A stretch of 64,000 nucleotides of DNA. Origin: Gammaproteobacteria bacterium. GTDB taxonomy: Bacteria > Pseudomonadota > Gammaproteobacteria > CBDBNL01 > JAAOII01. The position numbers were made by a program, and so were the translations under genes. The DNA lies in NCBI GenBank assembly GCA_965209035.1, contig OZ242372.1, forward strand, positions 1,248,001-1,312,000. Direction: 5' to 3'. The first letter of the stretch is position 1. Each line of letters begins with the position of its first letter. Shown one piece after another: positions 1 through 9,319 of this stretch. Under the pieces are notes generated by a model, which was not told where the DNA came from, did not search any database, and saw nothing but the letters and a program-made list of their open reading frames with translations.

Positions 1-239
1 TCTCCTCCCACCACCACAATCAGATCGCAATGCTCGCCAATTGCTTCGGCGGGGATACTTTTTATCCGGTCCGTCCGGCAGCCCGCGGGCGCCAGCCCTA
101 TGAAATTAACCTGTCTGTTTGTTTGTTCCAGGACCGACAGGAGATGTTTGCATGTTTTGAGAACTTCCGGTCCTTCTGAATTGATGCCGATACCGATCCG
201 GCGGAAGCCCGATTCTTGCGTCTCTTTATTTGAAGGCAT
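1..239 (-). CDS. nadK: NAD kinase, 5' part (runs off the window)
   Basis: Not in the ORF track. Manual translation from ATG 239 gives MPSNKETQESGFRRIGI...EHCDLIVVVGG(D), the GGDG motif of NAD kinases. Overlaps the proS end. Confidence 0.8.
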   Translation of the reverse strand, partial: MPSNKETQESGFRRIGIGINSEGPEVLKTCKHLLSVLEQTNRQVNFIGLAPAGCRTDRIKSIPAEAIGEHCDLIVVVGG

Positions 240-1965
240 TTTGAGAATGCCCAAAATATTCGGCGACGCGGTCGGCAACATCCGCAAGCGGGATAAGACG
301 CGCGTCTCCGCCGGCACGTTCTTTAAGTTCGGCCGCATTCTGTGCCAGCGACTTGGAGCTGACGATCAACCGCAGCGGGACGCCAATTAATTCCCATTCC
401 GCCAACTTCCCGCCGACACGCAGATCGCGATCATCATAGACAACACGGATTCCCAACTTGAGTAAGTATTTGTAAAGGTCCGCACTTTTTTCCCCGACAG
501 CCGCGTCTTTGGGCGGCAAGGGAATGAGGACCGCATCAAAAGGTGTCAGCGATTTTGGCCATATGATGCCGCGCTCGTCGTGATTCTGCTCAATGCAGGC
601 GGCCACTATGCGGTCCACTCCTATGCCATAGCAGCCCATCTTGACAGCGACCTGCTTGCCGGTTTTATCCGGAACCCGAGCCCCCATGGATTCCGAATAC
701 TTGGCGCCCAATTGAAAAATATGTCCGACTTCTATGCCGCGCATGATTTGCACCGTGCCTTTCCCGTCCGGGCTCGGTTCGCCCGCCGTGATATTGCGCA
801 GATCGGCAAATGCGGGCTGCGGGCAATCTCGTCCCCAGTTAACACCCTTGTAATGCTTTGCTTCTATGTTGGCACCGCAGGCAAAGTCTGTCAAGTGTTG
901 CAATTCCAGATCGGCGATACAGGTCAGCGGCATGTTAACAGGTCCCAGCGAACCGGGAGAGCAGCCGATGCTTTGTTTTATTTCGTCCCGACCCGCCATC
1001 GTGAACGGCTTTAATAGTACTTCGGTCTTCTCGGCTTTGACAACATTGAGTTCGCGATCGCCGCGCACAAACAAAGCCACCAAATGTGGCTTGTCCTTTT
1101 GCCAGTCCTTGCCGCGCGCAATCAGTGTTTTTACGCCGGATTCGGCGCGCAACCCAAACTTCTTTTCCAAATCGGCAATGGTGCGGACACCGGGTGTATC
1201 TACAAGTTCCATTGTTTCTTTGGGAGCCGGCGGCCTGCCCTGCGGCGGCGGAATCGGCACCAGTTCCACATTGGCCGTGTAGTCACTTTGATCGCTAAAC
1301 ACGATGCCTTCCTCGCCGGAGTTTGCCAACACATGAAACTCTTCGGATAGACTACCGCCGATAGTGCCGGTGTCCGCGGATACGGCCTTAAAGGAAACAC
1401 CCAGGCGGGTAAAGATGTTCGTATAAGCGCGCCGCATGTCGGCATAGGTTTCCGCCAAAGAGGCGTCGTCCGCATGAAAACTGTAGGCGTCTTTCATTTG
1501 GAATTCCCGCGCGCGCATCACGCCAAAGCGCGGGCGAATTTCGTCGCGAAACTTGGTATGTATCTGGTAAAGAATGAAAGGCAGCTGCTTGTAACTTTGG
1601 ATTTCGCCGCGCAGTATGTCGGTGACTACTTCTTCATGGGTCGGGCCAAAGCAAAAACGGCGATTGTGTCTGTCCGTAAAGCGCAGCAACTCGGGTCCGT
1701 AATCATTCCAACGGCCGGATTCCTGCCAGATATCTTCCGGTTGAACACAGGGCAACAGGATCTCTTCGCCGCCGATGGCATTCATTTCTTCGCGCACCAC
1801 CTGTTCCACTCGGCGGCGCACCCGCAAACCCAACGGCAGCCAACTGTATAGCCCGCTGGCAAGAGGGCGAATCATTCCCGCTCGCAACATCAGTTTGTGG
1901 CTGATTAACCGGGCATCGCTGGGGTTCTCTTTCAGCGTGGTTAGGAATAACTTGGAGGCAAGCAC
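226..1965 (-). CDS. proS: Proline--tRNA ligase
   Basis: SHKLMLRAGMIR, GPTHEE, FRDEIRPRFGVMRAREF and GIEVGHIFQLG motifs, with INS editing domain. Confidence 0.98.
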   Translation of the reverse strand: MLASKLFLTTLKENPSDARLISHKLMLRAGMIRPLASGLYSWLPLGLRVRRRVEQVVREEMNAIGGEEILLPCVQPEDIWQESGRWNDYGPELLRFTDRHNRRFCFGPTHEEVVTDILRGEIQSYKQLPFILYQIHTKFRDEIRPRFGVMRAREFQMKDAYSFHADDASLAETYADMRRAYTNIFTRLGVSFKAVSADTGTIGGSLSEEFHVLANSGEEGIVFSDQSDYTANVELVPIPPPQGRPPAPKETMELVDTPGVRTIADLEKKFGLRAESGVKTLIARGKDWQKDKPHLVALFVRGDRELNVVKAEKTEVLLKPFTMAGRDEIKQSIGCSPGSLGPVNMPLTCIADLELQHLTDFACGANIEAKHYKGVNWGRDCPQPAFADLRNITAGEPSPDGKGTVQIMRGIEVGHIFQLGAKYSESMGARVPDKTGKQVAVKMGCYGIGVDRIVAACIEQNHDERGIIWPKSLTPFDAVLIPLPPKDAAVGEKSADLYKYLLKLGIRVVYDDRDLRVGGKLAEWELIGVPLRLIVSSKSLAQNAAELKERAGGDARLIPLADVADRVAEYFGHSQNAFK

Positions 1966-2419
1966 GGGACTAATTGCCGTTTGTCGGCAGCAAAAAATGC
2001 ATCACAAAATCCTTCATTTCCTTCATTAGTGATAAGTAAGTCATATAAATGTAATTCGGGCTATAACGGATCAAGCCGCAAGAGTTCAATTTTGGATGCA
2101 TTGATATTATTATAAGAGGATTAATAAGCGGTAACTTTTGGTGTATGATCCCGCCCATCCCCGGACTTTTATTGTTTTTGCAAAAACCGGATCGGCGAGA
2201 GTTGTTTGCGGGCATCATGAGGACGCTCTAGATTGTGCAGCCCGGCCGCCCTCACAGACCACACAGTCTCGCCGGCGAAGGCACCTAAACAGTTTTATTA
2301 ACAACAAGTTTCCGCTGTCTGTGCCGGCGAGAGCAAAACAGATCTCCGTCTTTTATCCGCCTTGCTTACCCGGTTCATTCATCCGGCTTCCTATCTATTT
2401 GGGACCCGTCCGACAGAAC

Positions 2420-2486
2420 CGCCGGCTCTTTAATTTGAGGACGCACCATACCAAACTCAGGGTCCGGAACCTTTATGAGATCATGC
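2420..2486 (-). repeat. Dispersed intergenic element, copy a
   Basis: Reverse complement aligns ungapped with 4926-4992 (about 53/67 identical). Related to 45165-45267 and 50723-50807. Confidence 0.8.
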
Positions 2487-2506
2487 ATTTGGTCTTTAAT
2501 TTTGAC

Positions 2507-3292
2507 TTAGCAAATACCCGCTTTAATAGTGCGGGCGGCGGTCGCGAACCTTTTGGGATAATTGGTGAAAAAACCGCTGACACCGCGCTGCAAAAATGCA
2601 CCGAGCGATGCGATATTGTCCGTTGTCCAAACCAGGATAGGAATGTGGATGTTTGGCGGTAATTCAAAGGCACCCGCGCTCAATTTTTTGGCATTTAGGT
2701 GAAAGGCAGCAAGGTTTGGCACGCGTTGCCGAATTGCGTCAATTTCTCTTTCGGTCGGCATCTCGTCGTGCAGGGAGGCGAGTGCAAGTCGCGGACAGAG
2801 TTCTTGCAGTTGAAAGAGCGTTCGGCGGTCAAACGCCGAGACAACAAGATTTGTCGTGTTTCTTCTGCCGGCAAGAAGCCGGGCAAATCGTTCTTCGGTC
2901 TTGCGTCTGAGTTGCGGATCCTGTTGCGGTTTGATTTCCACATTAATAAGAACTTTTTCCGTTTCAAACTGTGTTAAGACTTCGTCCAGGCTCGGCACCC
3001 GTGCCTTGCAAAATTTCGGATGAAACCAACCGCCCGCGTCCAATCCTTGTAACTCTGCCATCGTTTTTTTGGCAACCGGCCCGGTGCCGTCTGTGGTTCT
3101 GTCAAGCGTGTCGTCATGGATCACCGCCAATTCTTCGTCAAGGGTTAATTGAACATCCAATTCAACTCCGTGCGCTCCTTCGTTTACGGCGGCCGCGAAT
3201 GCGGGCAAGGTGTTTTCGGGATAGTGCCCGCTTGCTCCTCGGTGGCCGATCACCCAGGGACGGCCGGCAGAAAACAAGGGTCCGTATTGCAT
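2507..3292 (-). CDS. Glycerophosphodiester phosphodiesterase family protein
   Basis: IGHRGA..PENT, ELDVQ, HD.TLDRTT, NVEIK motifs. Start trimmed to ATG 3292. Confidence 0.92.
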   Translation of the reverse strand: MQYGPLFSAGRPWVIGHRGASGHYPENTLPAFAAAVNEGAHGVELDVQLTLDEELAVIHDDTLDRTTDGTGPVAKKTMAELQGLDAGGWFHPKFCKARVPSLDEVLTQFETEKVLINVEIKPQQDPQLRRKTEERFARLLAGRRNTTNLVVSAFDRRTLFQLQELCPRLALASLHDEMPTEREIDAIRQRVPNLAAFHLNAKKLSAGAFELPPNIHIPILVWTTDNIASLGAFLQRGVSGFFTNYPKRFATAARTIKAGIC

Positions 3293-3305
3293 ATGTTGCC
3301 GATAT

Positions 3306-4046
3306 TTACCGATTGCGAAGAATATCCCGCATTTCGCGCACGGCGGTCCGCATACCCGCGAACAACGCCCGGGCAACGATGGAATGTCCTATGTTGAGTT
3401 CGTAAAAAAGATTCTTGCCGGTAAGAAGACGAACATTATCATAGTGCAAACCGTGGCCGGCATTCACGGTCAAACCAAGTTGTGCCGCCAACTTCGCGCT
3501 TTCAAGTAATCTGTGTATTTCCGCGTCCCTCCGATTGTCCGCGGCATTGGCGTATGCCCCGGTATGCAACTCCACAAAAGGAGCGCCGGCCGCGTGTGCG
3601 GCTTCCATTTGCTTTGGCTCCGGCTCCGTGAACAACGAGACAAGAATTCCCGCTGCCGCGAATGTTTCGCATGCCTTGCGGATGCGTTGTTTATTCCCCG
3701 CCAGATCCCCCGCCACATCCAAACCTCCTTCCGTGGTCAGTTCCCGGCGTTTTTCCGGCACCAAGCAAACATAGGCGGGTTTGATCCGCAGAGCAAAGGC
3801 GAGCATCTCATCTGTTAAAGCCATTTCCAGATTCAGACGGGTTGCGATCTTTTCTTTTAGTTCGGCAACATCCCTGTCTTGAATATGTCGTCGATCTTCT
3901 CGCAGATGCACGGTGATGCCGTCCGCCCCGCCGCGCTCCGCTTCCAGGGCGGCGGCAAGCGGGCTCGGATAATCCGTATCCCGGGCTTGACGAATGGTGG
4001 CTATGTGATCTATATTCACACCCAGGAGAGGATACTCGGTTTTCAT
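3306..4046 (-). CDS. pdxJ: Pyridoxine 5'-phosphate synthase
   Basis: [33 protein letters not shown]. Confidence 0.97.
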   Translation of the reverse strand: MKTEYPLLGVNIDHIATIRQARDTDYPSPLAAALEAERGGADGITVHLREDRRHIQDRDVAELKEKIATRLNLEMALTDEMLAFALRIKPAYVCLVPEKRRELTTEGGLDVAGDLAGNKQRIRKACETFAAAGILVSLFTEPEPKQMEAAHAAGAPFVELHTGAYANAADNRRDAEIHRLLESAKLAAQLGLTVNAGHGLHYDNVRLLTGKNLFYELNIGHSIVARALFAGMRTAVREMRDILRNR

Positions 4047-4774
4047 TGGCGGTCCTCTTGCGAAAACGGCGGTCGGACGAGTAAACTGCGACTGACCAAA
4101 GGCCTTCCCTCCAACAAGTGATGCAGCACCGCTCGGTTAAGTAGTTTGGCCGCCCTGAGAACGCGCGGGTCGTCCAGTTCTCTTCGCCCGATTGCGATGA
4201 GAATCCGACCCGGATAGACATTCTCCGCGCCGGCTTCCCGACTTTGGCGAAACCCTCCGCTCGGATCATAAATGTAAAACAGATCCGCTTTTATGGGTTG
4301 TTTGCTGCCGTGATCGTGTGCAAAAGACAGGCCATAGCCCAACTCGGCGAAAAGGGTATACTCAAAAGAACGCAATGCCTTCTCGGAAAGCGGTGTGTTT
4401 TCGGCATCTCTTAGAAGATCCTGATAGGCGTCATACAATTTGGCGTGGGCGTCAAACGGCTTGAGAAGTTTGTATAAAAGTTCGTTGAGATACATCAGAA
4501 CAATTAGAAATTTGCCGGCATAGGCTGCGTGACCTTTGCGTATGTGGATATCGCAAAGAGTTTTTAGTTCCGTTCGTCCCGACCAGGCAATAAAAAGTTC
4601 TTGTGCCGGTTGAATGATGCCGGTCAGTTGTTTGTTTTTGCGTGCCCCCTTCATCATCAAGTGCATGACCCCGTGCTCGCGCGTGAAGAAGTATCCAATC
4701 AAACTGCTTTCGCTAAAAGGGATGCGGTGCAGCAGATAAGCGGGCTCCTTGTCCGAGCGATTGACGGGACTCAT
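4043..4774 (-). CDS. recO: DNA repair protein RecO
   Basis: [40 protein letters not shown]-terminal GRPLVSR; directly upstream of pdxJ. Confidence 0.93.
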   Translation of the reverse strand: MSPVNRSDKEPAYLLHRIPFSESSLIGYFFTREHGVMHLMMKGARKNKQLTGIIQPAQELFIAWSGRTELKTLCDIHIRKGHAAYAGKFLIVLMYLNELLYKLLKPFDAHAKLYDAYQDLLRDAENTPLSEKALRSFEYTLFAELGYGLSFAHDHGSKQPIKADLFYIYDPSGGFRQSREAGAENVYPGRILIAIGRRELDDPRVLRAAKLLNRAVLHHLLEGRPLVSRSLLVRPPFSQEDRQ

Positions 4775-4925
4775 GGCCGCGTTCTTCTTCCTTTAACAAG
4801 AAACATATCTTTATTCTACCACTTTTGCGGTGGTCTTTTTGTCAAAGGTTGCTCCGGCAAACGGGAACTTTGTCACAGAACACAAGTAAAGGGAGAGCTC
4901 AAAACTCGAGAAGATACTGCGAATC

Positions 4926-4992
4926 GCATCATCCCGTAAAGATTTTGGGCTCTGAGTTTGGTATTGTGTGCCCTCAGATCAAAGAACCGGCG
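4926..4992 (+). repeat. Dispersed intergenic element, copy b
   Basis: gcatcatcccgtaaagattttgggctctgagtttggtattgtgtgccctcagatcaaagaaccggcg; inverted relative to copy a. Confidence 0.8.
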
Positions 4993-5032
4993 AAAGCGGT
5001 GGTAAAATTGTAGAACCTTCTTTCTTTTTATC

Positions 5033-5692
5033 TTGCCAAATGATTCTGTTAGTTCGCCGGATGTCCTGATCGGGGCGGAGAATCTCCGCTGTCGTCGGGG
5101 AGGCAATCTTTTGTTTGCGGGAGTCGGTTTCCGCCTTAAAGGAGGAGATGCTTTGCGAATTGTCGGCGCCAACGGCAGTGGCAAGACCAGTTTGATTAAG
5201 ATCCTTTGCGGGCTGCTTGTCGCCGAAGAGGGCACAATCCGGGCGAAGACTTCTTTACATTATCTCGGTCACAAGGACGCGCTTGCCGATGAGTTGACGG
5301 CGGCGGAAATGCTGTTATGGTACCAAAGCATTTCGTCCGATACCGGAAAACACAACACGCCGAGTCCGGATGCAATCTTTGCCCGCCTTAACTTGCGGGA
5401 CATTGGTTGCCTTCCTTGCGGCAAACTCTCGGCGGGGCAGCGAAAGTTGGTTTGTCTTGCAAAGTTATTGTTGTTGCCGCGTCCTCTTTGGATTCTGGAT
5501 GAGCCATTTGCATCTTTGGCACCCGCGGCCGTTTTGTCGGTTCGGACCCTGCTAAACGAACATCGTGCGAGTGGCGGTGGCTTAATATACAGTGATCACA
5601 GCGATTTTTACGGTAAGACAGACGAATTGCGTCTTTCTGAATTTAAGCCCAAATTGGGTTCCCAACTCGGGTCTGACTTTGCCGGCCGATAA
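5033..5692 (+). CDS. ccmA: Heme ABC exporter ATP-binding protein
   Basis: GANGSGKT, YLGHKDAL...LTA.E, LSAGQRK, WILDEPF. Confidence 0.85.
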   Translation: MPNDSVSSPDVLIGAENLRCRRGGNLLFAGVGFRLKGGDALRIVGANGSGKTSLIKILCGLLVAEEGTIRAKTSLHYLGHKDALADELTAAEMLLWYQSISSDTGKHNTPSPDAIFARLNLRDIGCLPCGKLSAGQRKLVCLAKLLLLPRPLWILDEPFASLAPAAVLSVRTLLNEHRASGGGLIYSDHSDFYGKTDELRLSEFKPKLGSQLGSDFAGR

Positions 5693-5843
5693 CAATAAGG
5701 GTTTTGCTCCTTGTTTTTTGCTTCCGGCGTAAAATTAACAATTAATGATTATTTTTATAAAAAGTGCTCTTTTAACGAATTTTTGTATTACAATAACGCA
5801 ATATAAATTATATTTGTGATTAACTATTAAAAAAATTATCATT

Positions 5844-6854
5844 ATGAAAACATTTTTACGAAAGTCTCTCATAATCTTTTCGTTTTCCTTTGCTATGCTG
5901 TTTGGCTCATTTGCTTGGGCAGCCGAGGTGACGATTGGTTATCAGGGAATTATGAATCCTTGGAAAGTTGCTATCAAGGATGGTGTCTTTGAAAAAAGAA
6001 CCGGCTACAAAATTAAATGGCGAAAGTTTGACTCCGGTTCCGCAGTCATCAATGCGATGGCATCCGGCGATGTTCATGTGGCGGTAGCGGGCTCCAGTCC
6101 GATTGCCGCGGGCGTGGCACGCGGTTTGCCGATTCAATTATTTTGGGTCATTGAAGACATTGCTTCCGCGGAGGCATTGGTTGTCCGAGATGGCTCGGGT
6201 ATTTTGTCGCCGCAAGATCTTAAAGGCAAGCGCATCGGCGTTCCGTTTGTATCCACAACACATTTTCATATGTTGTTTGCATTGGAACAATTCGGCTTGA
6301 AATCCAAAGATGTCAGTCTGCGTAACCTGCAACCGCCGCAAATTTCGGCTGCCTGGAAACGGGGCGACATAGATGCCGCGTTTGTATGGGATCCCGCTTT
6401 GGGCGAAATCAAGAAAAACGGCAAGGTTTTGATTACCTCCGGGCAATTGAGTTCCTGGGGCAAAGCCACTTTTGACGGTATGGTCGTGAGCAAAAAGTTT
6501 GCGAGTGCAAACGACAAGTTCATGGTTAATTTTGTCAGAGTCTTGGACGAGTATGCGGCCGACTATCGCAATAATCCGGGAAGCTGGGGCGCAAAATCTG
6601 ACAAGGCGCGCAAGGTTGCTGACCTGGCCGGCGGTGATGCGAGTCAAGTGCCCGGTGTTCTGGCTCTTTATAGCTTTCCTTCGGCGGCCGAACAGGCTTC
6701 CGCGGCATGGCTTGGTGGCGGTGAAGATGGCGGCGGTGCCCGTGCTCTGCGTTTTACCGCGGAGTTTTTGAAGAAAGAAAAGAAGGTAGACAATCTCCCG
6801 TCTTCGTTTGCCGGCTTTGTTAATTCTAAGTTTGCCGCCGAAGCTGCAAAATAA
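5844..6854 (+). CDS. tauA: Taurine ABC transporter substrate-binding protein
   Basis: Signal peptide; VTIGYQ, WRKFDSG..VI.AMASG, GSSP, PFVSTTHF, AWKRGDIDAAFVWDP. Confidence 0.92.
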   Translation: MKTFLRKSLIIFSFSFAMLFGSFAWAAEVTIGYQGIMNPWKVAIKDGVFEKRTGYKIKWRKFDSGSAVINAMASGDVHVAVAGSSPIAAGVARGLPIQLFWVIEDIASAEALVVRDGSGILSPQDLKGKRIGVPFVSTTHFHMLFALEQFGLKSKDVSLRNLQPPQISAAWKRGDIDAAFVWDPALGEIKKNGKVLITSGQLSSWGKATFDGMVVSKKFASANDKFMVNFVRVLDEYAADYRNNPGSWGAKSDKARKVADLAGGDASQVPGVLALYSFPSAAEQASAAWLGGGEDGGGARALRFTAEFLKKEKKVDNLPSSFAGFVNSKFAAEAAK

Positions 6855-6867
6855 CAAAATAATCTAA

Positions 6868-6903
6868 AAAAGGACGTCGTCGTTCGCGACGACGTTTCTT
6901 TTA
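6868..6903 (+). terminator. Intercistronic hairpin after tauA
   Basis: acgtcgtcg-ttcg-cgacgacgt stem-loop followed by T-rich ttctttt. Confidence 0.7.
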
Positions 6904-6924
6904 TTTGTTGAAGATCGAAGATAT

Positions 6925-7809
6925 ATGTCAAATTTAATTGCCCGTAATGTGAATTTTGTCTACTCCGTGAAAGGAGAGCCATCTGTTCAGGCACTTAAAG
7001 ATGTCAACCTTGCAATTAAAGAGGGGGAATTTGTTGTTGCCATCGGTGCTTCCGGTTGCGGTAAAACGACACTTCTTAATCTTTTTGCCGGTTTTTTGCG
7101 ACCCACAGACGGCGACATTCTCTATATAAACGATTCGGCTGCCAAAACGGGAGACACGGATGCGGATACAAAGACAAAAGAAGTCCCGATTGAAGGCCCC
7201 GACCAGGATCGGGGAGTGGTATTTGGCGAAGACCCTGTGTTGGGTCCGGGTAGCGACAGAGGGGTGGTATTTCAAAAGCATGCCTTGTTACCCTGGTTGA
7301 CAGTGGTTCAAAATGCGGCATTTGGTTTGAAATTACAAGGAATACCTGCCAAAGAACGATACGATACCGCTTTACGCAATCTGTCGTTGGTTGGTTTGGA
7401 AGACTTTATTGATCATAAAATATACCAACTTTCGGGTGGTATGCAGCAAAGAGTGGGTATTGCGCGAGCGTTAACTTCCAACCCGTCCACTCTGTTGATG
7501 GACGAGCCTTTGGGTGCTTTGGATGCATTGACGCGTGAAAATACGCAAGAATTGATTTTAGATATATGGCAAAAAACCGGTAAACAGGTTTTTTTCATTA
7601 CACACAGCGTGGAAGAGGCGTTGTTTATGGCGACTAAGTTAATTGTGATGTCGCCGAGACCGGGACGAATCACACATACATTTGACCTGGATTTTTGTCA
7701 CAAGTACTTAAAGATACGCGATGCGCGTAAAATTAAGTCGGACCAGAAGTTTATTCAAATGCGGGAAACCGTATTGGAAATTGTTTATACCGATGAAAAG
7801 TCTGCGTAA
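6925..7809 (+). CDS. tauB: Taurine ABC transporter ATP-binding protein
   Basis: GASGCGKTT, DRGVVFQ, LSGGMQQRVGIARAL, MDEPLGALDA, ITHSVEEA; carries an internal duplication. Confidence 0.92.
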   Translation: MSNLIARNVNFVYSVKGEPSVQALKDVNLAIKEGEFVVAIGASGCGKTTLLNLFAGFLRPTDGDILYINDSAAKTGDTDADTKTKEVPIEGPDQDRGVVFGEDPVLGPGSDRGVVFQKHALLPWLTVVQNAAFGLKLQGIPAKERYDTALRNLSLVGLEDFIDHKIYQLSGGMQQRVGIARALTSNPSTLLMDEPLGALDALTRENTQELILDIWQKTGKQVFFITHSVEEALFMATKLIVMSPRPGRITHTFDLDFCHKYLKIRDARKIKSDQKFIQMRETVLEIVYTDEKSA

Positions 7810-8641
7810 TATTCTTGCCGGCTTATTCGGCAGCAGCACGGAAGGTGCCGGCGAAGCCTACGGTGTTCCCGGTCAAGGGAAAAGTGCTTTTATCAGTGTT
7901 CTCAGTGCGATAGGGATTATTCTTTTATGGTATCTCAGCACAGAGGCATTGCAGTTGGTGCCGCCGCTCTTTTTGCCTTCTCCTTTTGCCGTTTTCGACA
8001 AGTTTGTTCAGATCCAGTTAGACGGATTTGGCGGTGCCACTTTATTGGAACACACTGCTTGGAGTATGTTGCGCGTGTTTTCGGCTTTTTTCCTTGCATG
8101 TGCTACGGCCATACCCATCGGTGTTCTGATGGGTGTCAACCGTTATGCGCGCGGTGTTTTTGATCCGCCCATAGAATTTTATCGTCCTATCCCCCCGCTG
8201 GCTTATTTGCCTCTGGTGATCATCTGGCTGGGTATCGACGAAGCCGCAAAAATTCTTCTGATTTACTTGGCTATTTTTGCGCCTATGGTTCTAAATGCCC
8301 GTGCCGGTGTTCGCTCGGTTGCCATAGAGCAGATTCATGCCGCCTATTCTATGGGGGCGAGCAGATGGCAAGTATTGACCCAGGTGATTTTTAAGGCTGC
8401 TATGCCTGAAATTTTGACGGGAATGCGTATCGGTATCGGGTTTGGTTGGACTACATTGGTCGCAGCCGAAATGGTTGCCGCCGAAAAGGGATTGGGTTTT
8501 ATGATTCTTAGTGCCGCCAACTTCTTGGCTACCGAAGTCGTTGTGATGGGAATTGTTGTCATAGGCGTCATTGCCTATATCTTTGATCTCATCATGCGAT
8601 ATGTTGAAAATACCGTGGTTCCTTGGAAAGGAAAGGTCTGA
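7793..8641 (+). CDS. tauC: Taurine ABC transporter permease
   Basis: FLPSP, DPPIEFYRPIPPLAYLPL, GWTTLVAAEM; start trimmed to ATG 7793. Confidence 0.92.
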   Translation: MKSLRNILAGLFGSSTEGAGEAYGVPGQGKSAFISVLSAIGIILLWYLSTEALQLVPPLFLPSPFAVFDKFVQIQLDGFGGATLLEHTAWSMLRVFSAFFLACATAIPIGVLMGVNRYARGVFDPPIEFYRPIPPLAYLPLVIIWLGIDEAAKILLIYLAIFAPMVLNARAGVRSVAIEQIHAAYSMGASRWQVLTQVIFKAAMPEILTGMRIGIGFGWTTLVAAEMVAAEKGLGFMILSAANFLATEVVVMGIVVIGVIAYIFDLIMRYVENTVVPWKGKV

Positions 8642-8685
8642 GTCTCCAAGTTTGATCATTCGATCATCCTGATATAAAAAATTAG

Positions 8686-8710
8686 ATGCCCGTTAGCGGG
8701 CATTTTTTTT
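8686..8710 (+). terminator. Rho-independent terminator of tauABC
   Basis: atgcccg-ttag-cgggcat hairpin followed by a T run. Confidence 0.85.
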
Positions 8711-8956
8711 GGCTGTTGCGGACATACGGGGCGACGCAAAATCTCAACCGGCAGTCAATTCAATGAATGTCCTTACTGCTTTTCTTACTGCCTTTCTTTA
8801 ATGCTTTCTTAGCTCTTTATTGAACTCTCCCGCCGCCCCCGCCGCGTTGACCTTGGACATTCAGGACTGATGCCGGAGCATCCCGGTAAAGATTTTGGCA
8901 CATTTGGCACACCCGGCTCCTGCCCATCATCGCGGGAATTCCAGTCGGAATCCCCG

Positions 8957-9309
8957 CCGGTATTTTTTAGTGCTTTCGCAGTTCCTAGTTTGACGGAGGC
9001 TTAGTAAATCATATGGTAATTGCATACCGCCTTCTGCCGAGGCAAAAGGCGGAGCGATGATCTGCGTGTCCCAGCCGGTATTTTTTAGTGCTTCCGCAGT
9101 TCCTAGTTTGACGGAGGCTTAGTAAATCATATGGTAATTGCATACCGCCTTCTGCCGGGGCAAAAGGCGGAGCGATGATCTGCGTGTCCCAGCCGGTATT
9201 TTTTAGTGCTTCCGTAGTTCCTAGTTTGACGGAGGCTTGGTAAATCATATGGTAATTGCATACCGCCTTCTGCCGGGCAAAAGGCGGAGCGATGATCTGC
9301 GTGTCCCAG
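8957..9309 (-). repeat. Three tandem 117-118 bp degenerate copies of the aminotransferase 3' end
   Basis: ccggtattttttagtgct recurs at 8957, 9075, 9193 and 9310. Copies read DTQIIAPPFAPAEGGMQLPYDLL against the gene's DTLIIAPPFVMEESDMQLLYDLL. Confidence 0.92.
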
Positions 9310-9319
9310 CCGGTATTTT

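Noticed and set aside
8957-9309. CRISPR array
   Set aside because: Whole units are repeated with no unique spacers, the sequence derives from the adjacent gene, and no cas genes are present.
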